Source: an uncultured Treponemataceae bacterium (GTDB taxonomy: Bacteria; Spirochaetota; Spirochaetia; Treponematales; Treponemataceae). Taken from it: 33,825 nt of DNA. Positions within the stretch are counted from its first letter, which is position 1; every line of letters starts with the position of its first letter. Shown one piece after another: positions 1-7,119 of this stretch. The position numbers and the translations under genes are program-made. The notes beneath the pieces are model-generated. The model was not told where the DNA came from. It did not search any database and was given only the letters and a program-made list of their open reading frames with translations. The stretch is taken from NCBI GenBank assembly GCA_964371925.1, contig CAYJOZ010000001.1, positions 1 through 33,825 on the forward strand. The letters are read 5' to 3'.

Positions 1-870
1 TATTCTCTCATAAATACTTGCAATAAGAGAGTTTATTATTACCAAAGAACCTAAAAACATAATAATAGCCGCAATAAAATTCAGCACAAGTTTTTCTATT
101 TCCATAGTGGTATACAAAGAGCCCATTTGCGTTTTATATGTCTCAATAGCAAAATCGCCATATGTTTTTTTAAGATCTGTAACGATGTTTTCTAATTTAC
201 TTTGGTCTTTTATCATCACTAACATCTCTGTTGCGCCATCTTCCATCCGTAAAAGCTTTTGTGCTGTTTGCATATCCATAAATACAGTATTTTTATCAAA
301 GGCGCTCATATTGAAAAAGGCATTTGCAACAATAGGAGTCTTCGTTCCGTTAAGGGCACTATCAATAGTCGTTGCTACAACAAGCGGAGCCTCTCCAATT
401 GGAGTAGTTATTTTGTTTTGTAAATCTTTGCCAAGAACTAGCCCTGTTTCAGAAATACTACCATCAACAATTCTGTCATGTAATCCATATGTATTACTTT
501 CTAAATCAAAACCTATAATTGAAACAGGGGTGCTTTCTTCATTTTGTCCAACAAAACCCCCAAAGCGTACTATTGGAGTTACGCTTTCAATTCTTTCATC
601 TTTAAGCAACGTTTTTTGTATCTCTCTTATTCCAGGAATATATTCATATAGGGGCATAAAGCGTTCTTTTTCCAAAAACTCTTTTGTTGTAATACGAATG
701 TGCCCCGTTTGGTATTTAGCATAACCATCAATCATATGGCTTATCATACCTTCAATAAAAGCTGAAATAAAAACTGTTGCAAGGGCAGACACTATGATAA
801 CAAGTGCGGTCAAAAAACTTCTCGACTTATACCGAAGTATATTCTTTAGTGCAAGTTTAAACATTAGCAT
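1..870 (-). CDS. ABC transporter permease, FtsX/LolC-E-like (3' end runs off the window)
   Basis: Absent from the ORF track because it has no stop in the window. My translation of the minus strand from ATG 870..868 gives MLMFKLALKNILRYKSRSFLTALVIIVSAL (FtsX-type N-terminus/TM1). A soluble domain of about 230 aa follows, then ...FYCGYYMFLGSLVIINSLIASIYERI at position 1. That is 290 codons with no stop. AAGGA lies 7 nt upstream. The start is 4 nt after the stop of the preceding permease gene. Confidence 0.8.
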   Translation of the reverse strand, partial: MLMFKLALKNILRYKSRSFLTALVIIVSALATVFISAFIEGMISHMIDGYAKYQTGHIRITTKEFLEKERFMPLYEYIPGIREIQKTLLKDERIESVTPIVRFGGFVGQNEESTPVSIIGFDLESNTYGLHDRIVDGSISETGLVLGKDLQNKITTPIGEAPLVVATTIDSALNGTKTPIVANAFFNMSAFDKNTVFMDMQTAQKLLRMEDGATEMLVMIKDQSKLENIVTDLKKTYGDFAIETYKTQMGSLYTTMEIEKLVLNFIAAIIMFLGSLVIINSLIASIYERI

Positions 871-873
871 ATT

Positions 874-2085
874 TTAATCCTTATTTTGAATGCATTCTAC
901 AATGCTCATTTTTATGCTTTTCCGAGCAGGAAAGTATGAAACCAGCATTGAGAGAAGAGGAATTGCGATTAAAGGGCCAATAAAAAATACTGCATCCCAC
1001 GAACTTTTCATTACTGGCGGTACATAAAAATCGGCATCAAATACAAAATCTCCACTGCCTGTTGCAGCAAGACTTGCAAAATCGAGTCCAACAGTTGACA
1101 TAGGAATATTTATCAAAATCCCGAAAGCAACACCAATAAAAGAGCCTATTAAACCTATAAAAAGGCCCTCGTACACAAAAATTCGCATAATTTCACTATC
1201 ATAAAAACCAAGAGATCTCAAGGTTCCCATTGTTTTTCTTTTTTCCCACACACTTATTAATATTGAGTTTGCTAGCCCCAAAAAAGTAATCAAAGCGATT
1301 ATGCCATAAAAAGGGTACATAAAAGCATTTTTAGTTTCATTTAAAGCTTGCAAGTCCTTTGTTAGCTCATCGAGACCAAGCACTTGAACATTTGGATACA
1401 TGCTTGCAATTTCATTTTTTATCTGCATAATATTGGATTCTTTTTCCGCGAGAATACTAGTGTATGTTATTTCATTTGTTGCAAGCATTGATTGAAGTTC
1501 ATAAAGATCTATCATTACACCATTTTTAGAAAACAAAGCATTTGCAGAATTCAAAAGCCCACCAACTTCATACTCTGCAGAAACAAATGCCCCTTCCTCT
1601 GTTCTAAAGGTAATGTTCACAAAATCACCTGTTTCAATACCCATATCTTTTGCTATAGAAGATCCCAACCACGCCTTGTCCCCAAGACCCTCTGAAGATG
1701 AGGTTTTAATATCAAACACATTATGAACCGTTAATGAATCAACTCCAAATATAATAACATTTAGTGCATCTTCATAATTATCAACTTCGCCGTTTAAACG
1801 AATTGTTGACGTATAATTGATACCTTCAATTTCCCTTAATTTTGATTCATCAAAGAAATGCAGGTTTTCGGTTGTATATGGAAAATCTTCATCAAAATTG
1901 CTACTTCGAATTTGAATATGTGCGGTATCTTCGTTTATTGTTTCTTCTAAAGAAATAGCATTAAAGCCACTCATAAGTGTTCCGTAAAACACAAAAATGA
2001 CAACGCCCATTGATAAAACAGCGATTGTTCTAAAGGTGCGTTTTTTTGAACGTAATATATTTTTTACTGCCATTACAAAAAGCAT
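874..2085 (-). CDS. ABC transporter permease, FtsX/LolC-E/MacB-like
   Basis: 403 aa. It has N-terminal TM1 (FRTIAVLSMGVVIFVFYGTLM), a periplasmic domain of about 230 aa, then three C-terminal TMs with the FtsX-like ...SVWEKRKTMGTLRSLG segment. AAGGAG lies 8 nt upstream of ATG 2085. Confidence 0.85.
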   Translation of the reverse strand: MLFVMAVKNILRSKKRTFRTIAVLSMGVVIFVFYGTLMSGFNAISLEETINEDTAHIQIRSSNFDEDFPYTTENLHFFDESKLREIEGINYTSTIRLNGEVDNYEDALNVIIFGVDSLTVHNVFDIKTSSSEGLGDKAWLGSSIAKDMGIETGDFVNITFRTEEGAFVSAEYEVGGLLNSANALFSKNGVMIDLYELQSMLATNEITYTSILAEKESNIMQIKNEIASMYPNVQVLGLDELTKDLQALNETKNAFMYPFYGIIALITFLGLANSILISVWEKRKTMGTLRSLGFYDSEIMRIFVYEGLFIGLIGSFIGVAFGILINIPMSTVGLDFASLAATGSGDFVFDADFYVPPVMKSSWDAVFFIGPLIAIPLLSMLVSYFPARKSIKMSIVECIQNKD

Positions 2086-2088
2086 ACA

Positions 2089-2763
2089 TTAAGCTCCTTG
2101 TGTATTAACAATACGTCCATCTTCCAACGTAAATACTACATCAGAAATTTTAACAACGCGCTCGTCATGGGTTGAAAACAATACGGTTAAGCCTTCTTTT
2201 TTGTTTATATCAGAAATAAGTTCTAGTATTTGCATACCATTTACACTATCTAAGTTTGCTGTTGGCTCATCTGCAAGAAGAAGCTTTGGGTTTTTTACCA
2301 AAGCGCGTGCTATGGAAACCCTTTGCTGTTGTCCTCCACTCAATTGATTAGGATAAGAATTTTCTTTACCTATAAGACCCACTCGCTCCAATAAAGACAT
2401 AACCTTGTCGTGTTTATCTTTTTCCTTTTTTTCAAATAGAGCTATAGCCACATTTTCGTATGCTGTTAAAACAGGAATAAGATTGTAACTTTGAAAAATA
2501 AACCCTAGATTTTCTCGCCTAAATAATGCAATCTCTTTATTCGTTTTCGAAGACAAAGGCTCGTTATCAATTAATACCTCTCCTTCTGTTGCTCTATCTA
2601 GAGCTCCTATAATATTTAATAGCGTTGTCTTCCCTGACCCAGAGGGGCCTATCAAAGATGCGACAAAACCCTTGTCTAAGCCAATACAAATATCAGTAAG
2701 TGCTTCAAAAGCTACAGCACCTTCACCATAAATTTTTTTTATACCCTTTGTTTCTAAAAACAT
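2089..2763 (-). CDS. ABC transporter ATP-binding protein (LolD/MacB-type)
   Basis: 224 aa with Walker A GPSGSGKTT, Q-loop, signature LSGGQQQRV, Walker B LLLADEPT and an H-loop STHD. GAGG lies 8 nt upstream. Confidence 0.93.
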   Translation of the reverse strand: MFLETKGIKKIYGEGAVAFEALTDICIGLDKGFVASLIGPSGSGKTTLLNIIGALDRATEGEVLIDNEPLSSKTNKEIALFRRENLGFIFQSYNLIPVLTAYENVAIALFEKKEKDKHDKVMSLLERVGLIGKENSYPNQLSGGQQQRVSIARALVKNPKLLLADEPTANLDSVNGMQILELISDINKKEGLTVLFSTHDERVVKISDVVFTLEDGRIVNTQGA

Positions 2764-2780
2764 ATACAGAACCTCTCTCT

Positions 2781-3893
2781 TTAAAAAGATGCTTTGATTG
2801 CAACCAAAATACTTGCGTTTGGTATTCCCGTTTCTAAAGGCGAAAACTCAGTCTTTTCCTCTCCAAAATAAAAGCCCGCTCCTACGTCTAATAATAAGCC
2901 ATCTGCAAGGCTGTAATTAAGGCCTGGAATAATAACAAAACTTGTGTCAACAAGGCTCACAAGCCCATCAATTGAAAAACTTAAAAACTCATCAAATGAA
3001 AAAAGAAGTGATGTATAAGAGTACCACATTGCCTTAAAATAATAATCTCCGTACCTGGTACTATTTACATCCTCAAGATTCTTTGCCCCCAAACTATTGT
3101 AATAAAAAGACTGATTAAGCACAAGATTTGAATACCCGATGGGAAAGCTATAATCAAATGCTATATTAGCTTCATGGCTTGTAGAAAATTTTTTTTCTTC
3201 TATAAAGACATTATTTATATGAAAAGAGTATGACCCTGTAACTGTCACTAGTGCATCGAGCTTAAAAAAAGCACCCACTACATTAGTATTATTTCCTTTG
3301 TATTGATATGCAAGGCCTCCTTCAAAACCACTCGTTCCAAGCACAATTTCACTCCCAGATAAAACATCATCCCAAGTTTCATTCCCACCAATAAAACTTT
3401 TTAACTTTCCATATGAGCCAATTGGCACAGAAATAGAAATCAGATTTATTGCAGGTTTTGTTTGAGATGGATCCAAAAGCGAAAAATTTTTATACCATTC
3501 CAAGGTGTTAAAAAGAGAAGGGCTCCCAAATGATAGATACTCTTTTCCAAGTGTAAAAGAAAGGGTATCAAAATTTGCTTTTAAATACAGCCTCGCAATA
3601 TCAAGGTCTAGTGCATAGTTTCCAGCTTTATCCACATAAAGAACAGTCTCTTCCGTTAAACCTGCAAAACCATAATATGTCGTAAGGCGAACATCTGAAT
3701 ACAATCTCCACGTATCGGAACTCCGATAATTCAAATTCAATTTAAGCTGACTTGCATTATCGAAATTAAAAACTTCGTTTTCTACATAAGCAAATGACGT
3801 GTTTTCAAAACCTCCTCCTAGTTTCACTTGGGAAGAAAGTCCATTGTAGATAAAAATTATAAGCAAGCAACAAAGAAAAAATCTTTTTTTCAT
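2781..3893 (-). CDS. Predicted outer-membrane beta-barrel protein, unknown family
   Basis: The ORF is 2781..3950, but the Met at 3893 gives a signal peptide MKKRFFLCCLLIIFIYNGLSSQ and lies 4 nt after the upstream stop. The sequence is rich in alternating aromatic/polar strands and G/S/N turns. It ends ...LVAIKASF, and a C-terminal Phe is typical of BAM substrates. Confidence 0.6.
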   Translation of the reverse strand: MKKRFFLCCLLIIFIYNGLSSQVKLGGGFENTSFAYVENEVFNFDNASQLKLNLNYRSSDTWRLYSDVRLTTYYGFAGLTEETVLYVDKAGNYALDLDIARLYLKANFDTLSFTLGKEYLSFGSPSLFNTLEWYKNFSLLDPSQTKPAINLISISVPIGSYGKLKSFIGGNETWDDVLSGSEIVLGTSGFEGGLAYQYKGNNTNVVGAFFKLDALVTVTGSYSFHINNVFIEEKKFSTSHEANIAFDYSFPIGYSNLVLNQSFYYNSLGAKNLEDVNSTRYGDYYFKAMWYSYTSLLFSFDEFLSFSIDGLVSLVDTSFVIIPGLNYSLADGLLLDVGAGFYFGEEKTEFSPLETGIPNASILVAIKASF

Positions 3894-3897
3894 AGTA

Positions 3898-4650
3898 TTA
3901 TTGCTCCAAGTATGCCCGTGTAAATACATTTCTATTAAATGCGACATCAACTTCTATGCTATTGTAGACAATTACCGTTTTTGAGTCTTTTTTTCGCAAA
4001 TCTATAACTTCTATTATTGTTGGCATAAAAAGATTTCCTACTGCAATATAATTTTTCATAACAAATTCTTTAACAGCCCTATCTTCACCACGCCCTTTGG
4101 CAAACATAACAGACTTTAAAATGTTATAAGAACTTTTATCTATATACAAATCTTGTTTAACATACGTTGCAGTGTTTTCGTCTTTCGCCCGAATCGTTAA
4201 GACAAACACTTCATTTTTTTCAAAAACATCTGTTGTAATGGAAATAGGTATATAGTCTGTTTCTAACGACCCTTGGTCGGACATATCATCGTAAGAAATA
4301 TCACTGCCCATCATACTATCTCGCAAAAGGTGTCCCGATAATTTTAAAACATCTCCTGCATCTGGAATATAAATCCACATATCATTTTCAAGCTTTAAGT
4401 AGCGAGTACCATAATCTTGTGCATTCGTATATTCCATGAAGGAAGCATTCAACGAATCATCTAGATAACCGTAAAATTCTTTTGTAAGAGTTCGGCCTCG
4501 TGAAAAAATTTCCATTTCTGCTTCAAAACTCATTGTTGAAAAATTTCTCCCAGTATTATTTACTTTTTCGAAAACTTCTTGAGCCGTTTGAGAAAAAGCA
4601 AAAGGAAGAACTAAAGAAAAGCAGCATATAATCAAAAATACTTTTTTCAT
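3898..4650 (-). CDS. LolA_like outer-membrane lipoprotein-sorting/carrier family protein (periplasmic)
   Basis: The ORF is 3898..4701, but the Met at 4650 gives a signal peptide MKKVFLIICCFSLVLPFAFSQ. The core ...YLKLENDMWIYIPDAGDVLKLSGHLLRDSMMGSDISYDDM matches my memory of the LolA_like (PF17131, TP0789-type) signature. A promoter sits immediately upstream. Confidence 0.7.
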   Translation of the reverse strand: MKKVFLIICCFSLVLPFAFSQTAQEVFEKVNNTGRNFSTMSFEAEMEIFSRGRTLTKEFYGYLDDSLNASFMEYTNAQDYGTRYLKLENDMWIYIPDAGDVLKLSGHLLRDSMMGSDISYDDMSDQGSLETDYIPISITTDVFEKNEVFVLTIRAKDENTATYVKQDLYIDKSSYNILKSVMFAKGRGEDRAVKEFVMKNYIAVGNLFMPTIIEVIDLRKKDSKTVIVYNSIEVDVAFNRNVFTRAYLEQ

Positions 4651-4656
4651 ATCTAT

Positions 4657-4685
4657 AGTGTAACTCAATATATATGCATGTGCAA
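4657..4685 (-). promoter_or_regulatory. Candidate sigma70 promoter of the Lol-like operon (leaderless geometry)
   Basis: Read on the minus strand: TTGCAC (4685..4680), 17-nt spacer, TACACT (4662..4657), 6 nt, then ATG 4650. No Shine-Dalgarno is present. Confidence 0.45.
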
Positions 4686-4798
4686 GAACAAAGTTGAACA
4701 TATTAAGGACTATTTCACTATTTTCACTTGTTTTACACTAGCCAAAATATAGATTCCATGCTATTGTGGGGGTAAGAAAACAATAAAAAGAGGATTGC

Positions 4799-5854
4799 GT
4801 GATTTCTACTGAGTCTGTTGATTTAGGAAAAAAAATATTCTTTCTCAATCCACCATATGACTTCAAAAAACTCATCATTCCAATGTTATCTGATTTGGAA
4901 TATGAAATCTATATTCTATCAGATTATAAATATGCAAAGGAAGCCCTACGCAATAACCCAGATTCCATTTGTTTCGTTTGTATAGATGGAGAAATTTCTA
5001 TCGAACATTGGTACAATTTTGTTGTATCCTTTAACAATGATCCTTCTTTATCTAGCATTTTTTTGGGGGTGATGTCTGCCTATGCTGGTGCAAGCGATAG
5101 AAATCATTTTTTATTAAACGCTTCTATTCCCGCTGGTTTTATTTCACTTGCCGCAAAAAAAGATGAGCTTGTAAACAAACTTGTAGGAATATTAAAAATA
5201 AATAATGCAAAAGGTGTGCGAAAATATGTTCGAGCTGACTGTGCTACAGATGAACTAATCTCTGTGCATTGCGAAGTAAATGATGCTATTTTTCCATTGC
5301 ACATCGATAATATCAGCAGTGCAGGACTTTTATGTTCTGCCTCGCCAAAAATAGCTGCTTCATTTTCACCAAATATGCTTCTTAAAGAATTTTTTCTTAT
5401 TTTACGAAAACAAAAAATAAAATGTCATACCGTTGTATTAAAAACATTTATTAGCAATGAAAAACTCTTTATCGTTTTGCTTTTTACAAAAGGTCTTTCA
5501 TATAATTCAAAAGCGATAATTCAATCATACATTAGATATTTTTTACAAACAACACTTGATCAGACCCTTACAGATGCAAAACCAGATGATACAGATTATT
5601 CAAAACTACAAACCGCTGCAATCGGTGCTGAAGGAGAAGACGCTTTCCTCATTTCTGTTGACGAAGAAGAAGTAATATTTGCAGATGAAATAGAAGAAGT
5701 CACCTATGCAGATGAATACGACAAAAACGAAACAAGCGAAAAAACATCACCTCTTTTCGGGAATGACGATGAAGAAAGTTTTTTAAACCAAATGAAATAT
5801 TTAGAAGAGTCTGACATCGACGGAGATATCCAACTAATCGACGACACGGAGTAA
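4799..5854 (+). CDS. PilZ-domain c-di-GMP receptor with N-terminal pseudo-receiver domain and acidic C-terminal tail
   Basis: 351 aa with a GTG start and AGAGGA 4 nt upstream. PilZ motifs are present: RKYVR (RxxxR) and DNISSAG (D/NxSxxG). The N-terminus aligns to CheY-like receivers, but the acidic pair is replaced (FFLNPP). Confidence 0.8.
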   Translation: MISTESVDLGKKIFFLNPPYDFKKLIIPMLSDLEYEIYILSDYKYAKEALRNNPDSICFVCIDGEISIEHWYNFVVSFNNDPSLSSIFLGVMSAYAGASDRNHFLLNASIPAGFISLAAKKDELVNKLVGILKINNAKGVRKYVRADCATDELISVHCEVNDAIFPLHIDNISSAGLLCSASPKIAASFSPNMLLKEFFLILRKQKIKCHTVVLKTFISNEKLFIVLLFTKGLSYNSKAIIQSYIRYFLQTTLDQTLTDAKPDDTDYSKLQTAAIGAEGEDAFLISVDEEEVIFADEIEEVTYADEYDKNETSEKTSPLFGNDDEESFLNQMKYLEESDIDGDIQLIDDTE

Positions 5855-6574
5855 ATCCCTCACCACTTCACCAGCTATTAAAAGCCCCGCAACAGAAGGC
5901 ACAAAAGATATGCTTGCCGGTGGTGTTGACTTTATCGGTTCTTCTCTTGAGTATAACACTTTTACCTTTTTTATATGCCTCGCCTTCAACTCTCTTCGCA
6001 TTACTCGAGCCAAAGGGCAAACGCTAGTTTTTTCAATTTCAGCTATCTCAAAACGGGATGCATCAAGTTTATTCCCTGTTCCCATGCAGCTTATTATGGG
6101 AATATTAAACTTCTTTGCTTTTTCGATTAATAAGATTTTAGCACTAACTGTATCAATTGCATCTATTATATAATCGCATTTTGATAAACTAGTATCTAGA
6201 GTGTCAGCATTAATTGAATTATAAAAGATAGGAAAAGTTTCAACTACAGCTAAGGGATTTATATCAAGTATTCGTTTTTTTGCACAGTCGGTTTTGAACA
6301 TACCTAGGCTTGAATGCAATGCGAAAAGCTGCCTATTTAAATTGCTTTCTACAATAACATCATTATCTACTATTACAATATTAAAAATGCCTGCTCTTAC
6401 AAGTGCTTCTACAACGAAAGATCCTACCCCACCTAAGCCAAATATTGCAACCGTTTTTTTATGTAACATTGCAACAGAGTCTGTCCCTAAAAGTTTTTCA
6501 CTACGAGAGAATTGCGTTTCAATAACCTTTGCTTCGCCGCCTTGTTTATTTGTGATGTTTTGTTCTTTTTTCAT
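5834..6574 (-). CDS. tcdA: tRNA threonylcarbamoyladenosine dehydratase (ThiF/MoeB-family, TcdA/CsdL-like)
   Basis: FSRSEKLLGTDSVAMLHKKTVAIFGLGGVGSFVVEALVRAGIFNIVIVDNDVIVESNLNRQ matches the TcdA Rossmann/GxGxxG region. The ORF extends to 6664. I prefer the Met at 6574 (MKKEQNI...) because it gives a TcdA-like N-terminal length, but the start is uncertain. Confidence 0.8.
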   Translation of the reverse strand: MKKEQNITNKQGGEAKVIETQFSRSEKLLGTDSVAMLHKKTVAIFGLGGVGSFVVEALVRAGIFNIVIVDNDVIVESNLNRQLFALHSSLGMFKTDCAKKRILDINPLAVVETFPIFYNSINADTLDTSLSKCDYIIDAIDTVSAKILLIEKAKKFNIPIISCMGTGNKLDASRFEIAEIEKTSVCPLARVMRRELKARHIKKVKVLYSREEPIKSTPPASISFVPSVAGLLIAGEVVRDLLRVVD

Positions 6575-6614
6575 ATAGCATTGACCCTTATTTATAATCC
6601 TATTTTTTTTGCTA

Positions 6615-6631
6615 CTTGTGGATAACTTGTG
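6615..6631 (+). repeat. 17-mer CTTGTGGATAACTTGTG (copy 1), contains a perfect DnaA-box complement TGTGGATAA
   Basis: Read directly. TGTGGATAA is at 6617..6625. A second box-like 9-mer, TGTGAAAAA, starts 11 nt later. Confidence 0.6.
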
Positions 6632-6721
6632 AAAAAGTTCTTGCAAATCGTTAATAACCATCAAAAAGTATTTATTATAAAAAATAAATGCATTTCCTAG
6701 TGATTATTTTCATTTTGATCC

Positions 6722-6750
6722 TTGACATCTTTTTATTTTTTTTGTATAAC
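6722..6750 (+). promoter_or_regulatory. Orphan near-consensus sigma70 promoter inside the long intergenic region
   Basis: TTGACA (6722..6727), 17-nt spacer, TATAAC (6745..6750). The nearest downstream gene start (glgX) is 370 nt away. Confidence 0.35.
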
Positions 6751-6943
6751 AATGAGCCTAGAAATATCTCATTTTATATAATCTTTAATATTCCTTACAG
6801 TTTGTATAAATATTCTCATAATAGCATAAAATATTTATACAAAAACGAACAAAAACCGCATAAAAAACCAATTTTGATATAAAATCAAAAACATACTTCT
6901 CTCATCTTAGAATAAAAACAACTACTGTTTTCTGCAACAAATC

Positions 6944-6964
6944 ATACAGGTAACATACCTGTAT
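6944..6964. promoter_or_regulatory. Perfect 9-bp inverted repeat ATACAGGTA-aca-TACCTGTAT (operator or RNA hairpin)
   Basis: Read directly; the two arms are exact reverse complements. Confidence 0.5.
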
Positions 6965-7035
6965 CATCTTTCGCATTATTAATTATAGCAAAAAATTATA
7001 ATTTCAACTACTACAATAAAATACAGCTTACCTTG

Positions 7036-7052
7036 CTTGTGGAAAACTTGTG
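7036..7052 (+). repeat. 17-mer CTTGTGGAAAACTTGTG (copy 2, 16/17 identical to copy 1)
   Basis: Read directly. TGTGGAAAA is at 7038..7046 and TGTGTATAA at 7049..7057, 11 nt apart. The 17-mer lies about 55-70 nt upstream of the glgX -10 box. Confidence 0.6.
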
Positions 7053-7104
7053 TATAAAAAAATAAAAACTTCTTTGAAAGAGTGTAACTTTTTTTCAACT
7101 TTTA

Positions 7105-7113
7105 TGTTATACT
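7105..7113 (+). promoter_or_regulatory. Extended -10 element TGtTATACT of glgX (leaderless geometry)
   Basis: TG at 7105..7106, TATACT at 7108..7113, then 6 nt (gttgta) before ATG 7120. No Shine-Dalgarno is present. Confidence 0.45.
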
Positions 7114-7119
7114 GTTGTA

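Noticed and set aside
61-121. Possible compensated frameshift in the partial permease gene
   Set aside because: An alternative minus-strand frame across 61..120 reads SLYTTMEIEKLVLNFIAAII, which looks TM/FtsX-like. It terminates at a TAG, however. The uninterrupted frame from ATG 870 stays open to position 1 and gives ...EFYCGYYMFLGSLVIINSLIASIYERI, which aligns with the paralogue (PFYGIIALITFLGLANSILISVWEKR). No frameshift is needed.
107-724. 205-aa plus-strand ORF from the track
   Set aside because: It lies entirely antisense to the well-supported FtsX-like permease gene (1..870, minus). Its translation is low-complexity (S/I/L/V-rich) with no recognisable motif. I treat it as a shadow ORF.
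3894-3950. N-terminal extensions of several track ORFs (3894..3950, 4651..4701, 6575..6664, 18737..18760, 23124..23162)
   Set aside because: In each case an internal Met gives a proper signal peptide or a family-typical N-terminus. That Met is also matched by an SD, a promoter or the upstream gene's stop. The extensions would overlap upstream genes or promoters.
6688-6882. 64-aa ORF in the tcdA-glgX spacer
   Set aside because: It is extremely AT-rich with an I/F/L/Y/N/K-dominated composition and has no SD. It starts upstream of the only good promoter in the region. It is most likely non-coding.
6575-7119. Replication origin (oriC) interpretation of the AT-rich spacer with DnaA-box-like motifs
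   Set aside because: Not adopted as the primary call. There are only two box pairs, no dnaA/dnaN neighbourhood and no switch in gene orientation bias around the spacer. I cannot compute GC skew. It is kept only as a minor alternative in the finding.
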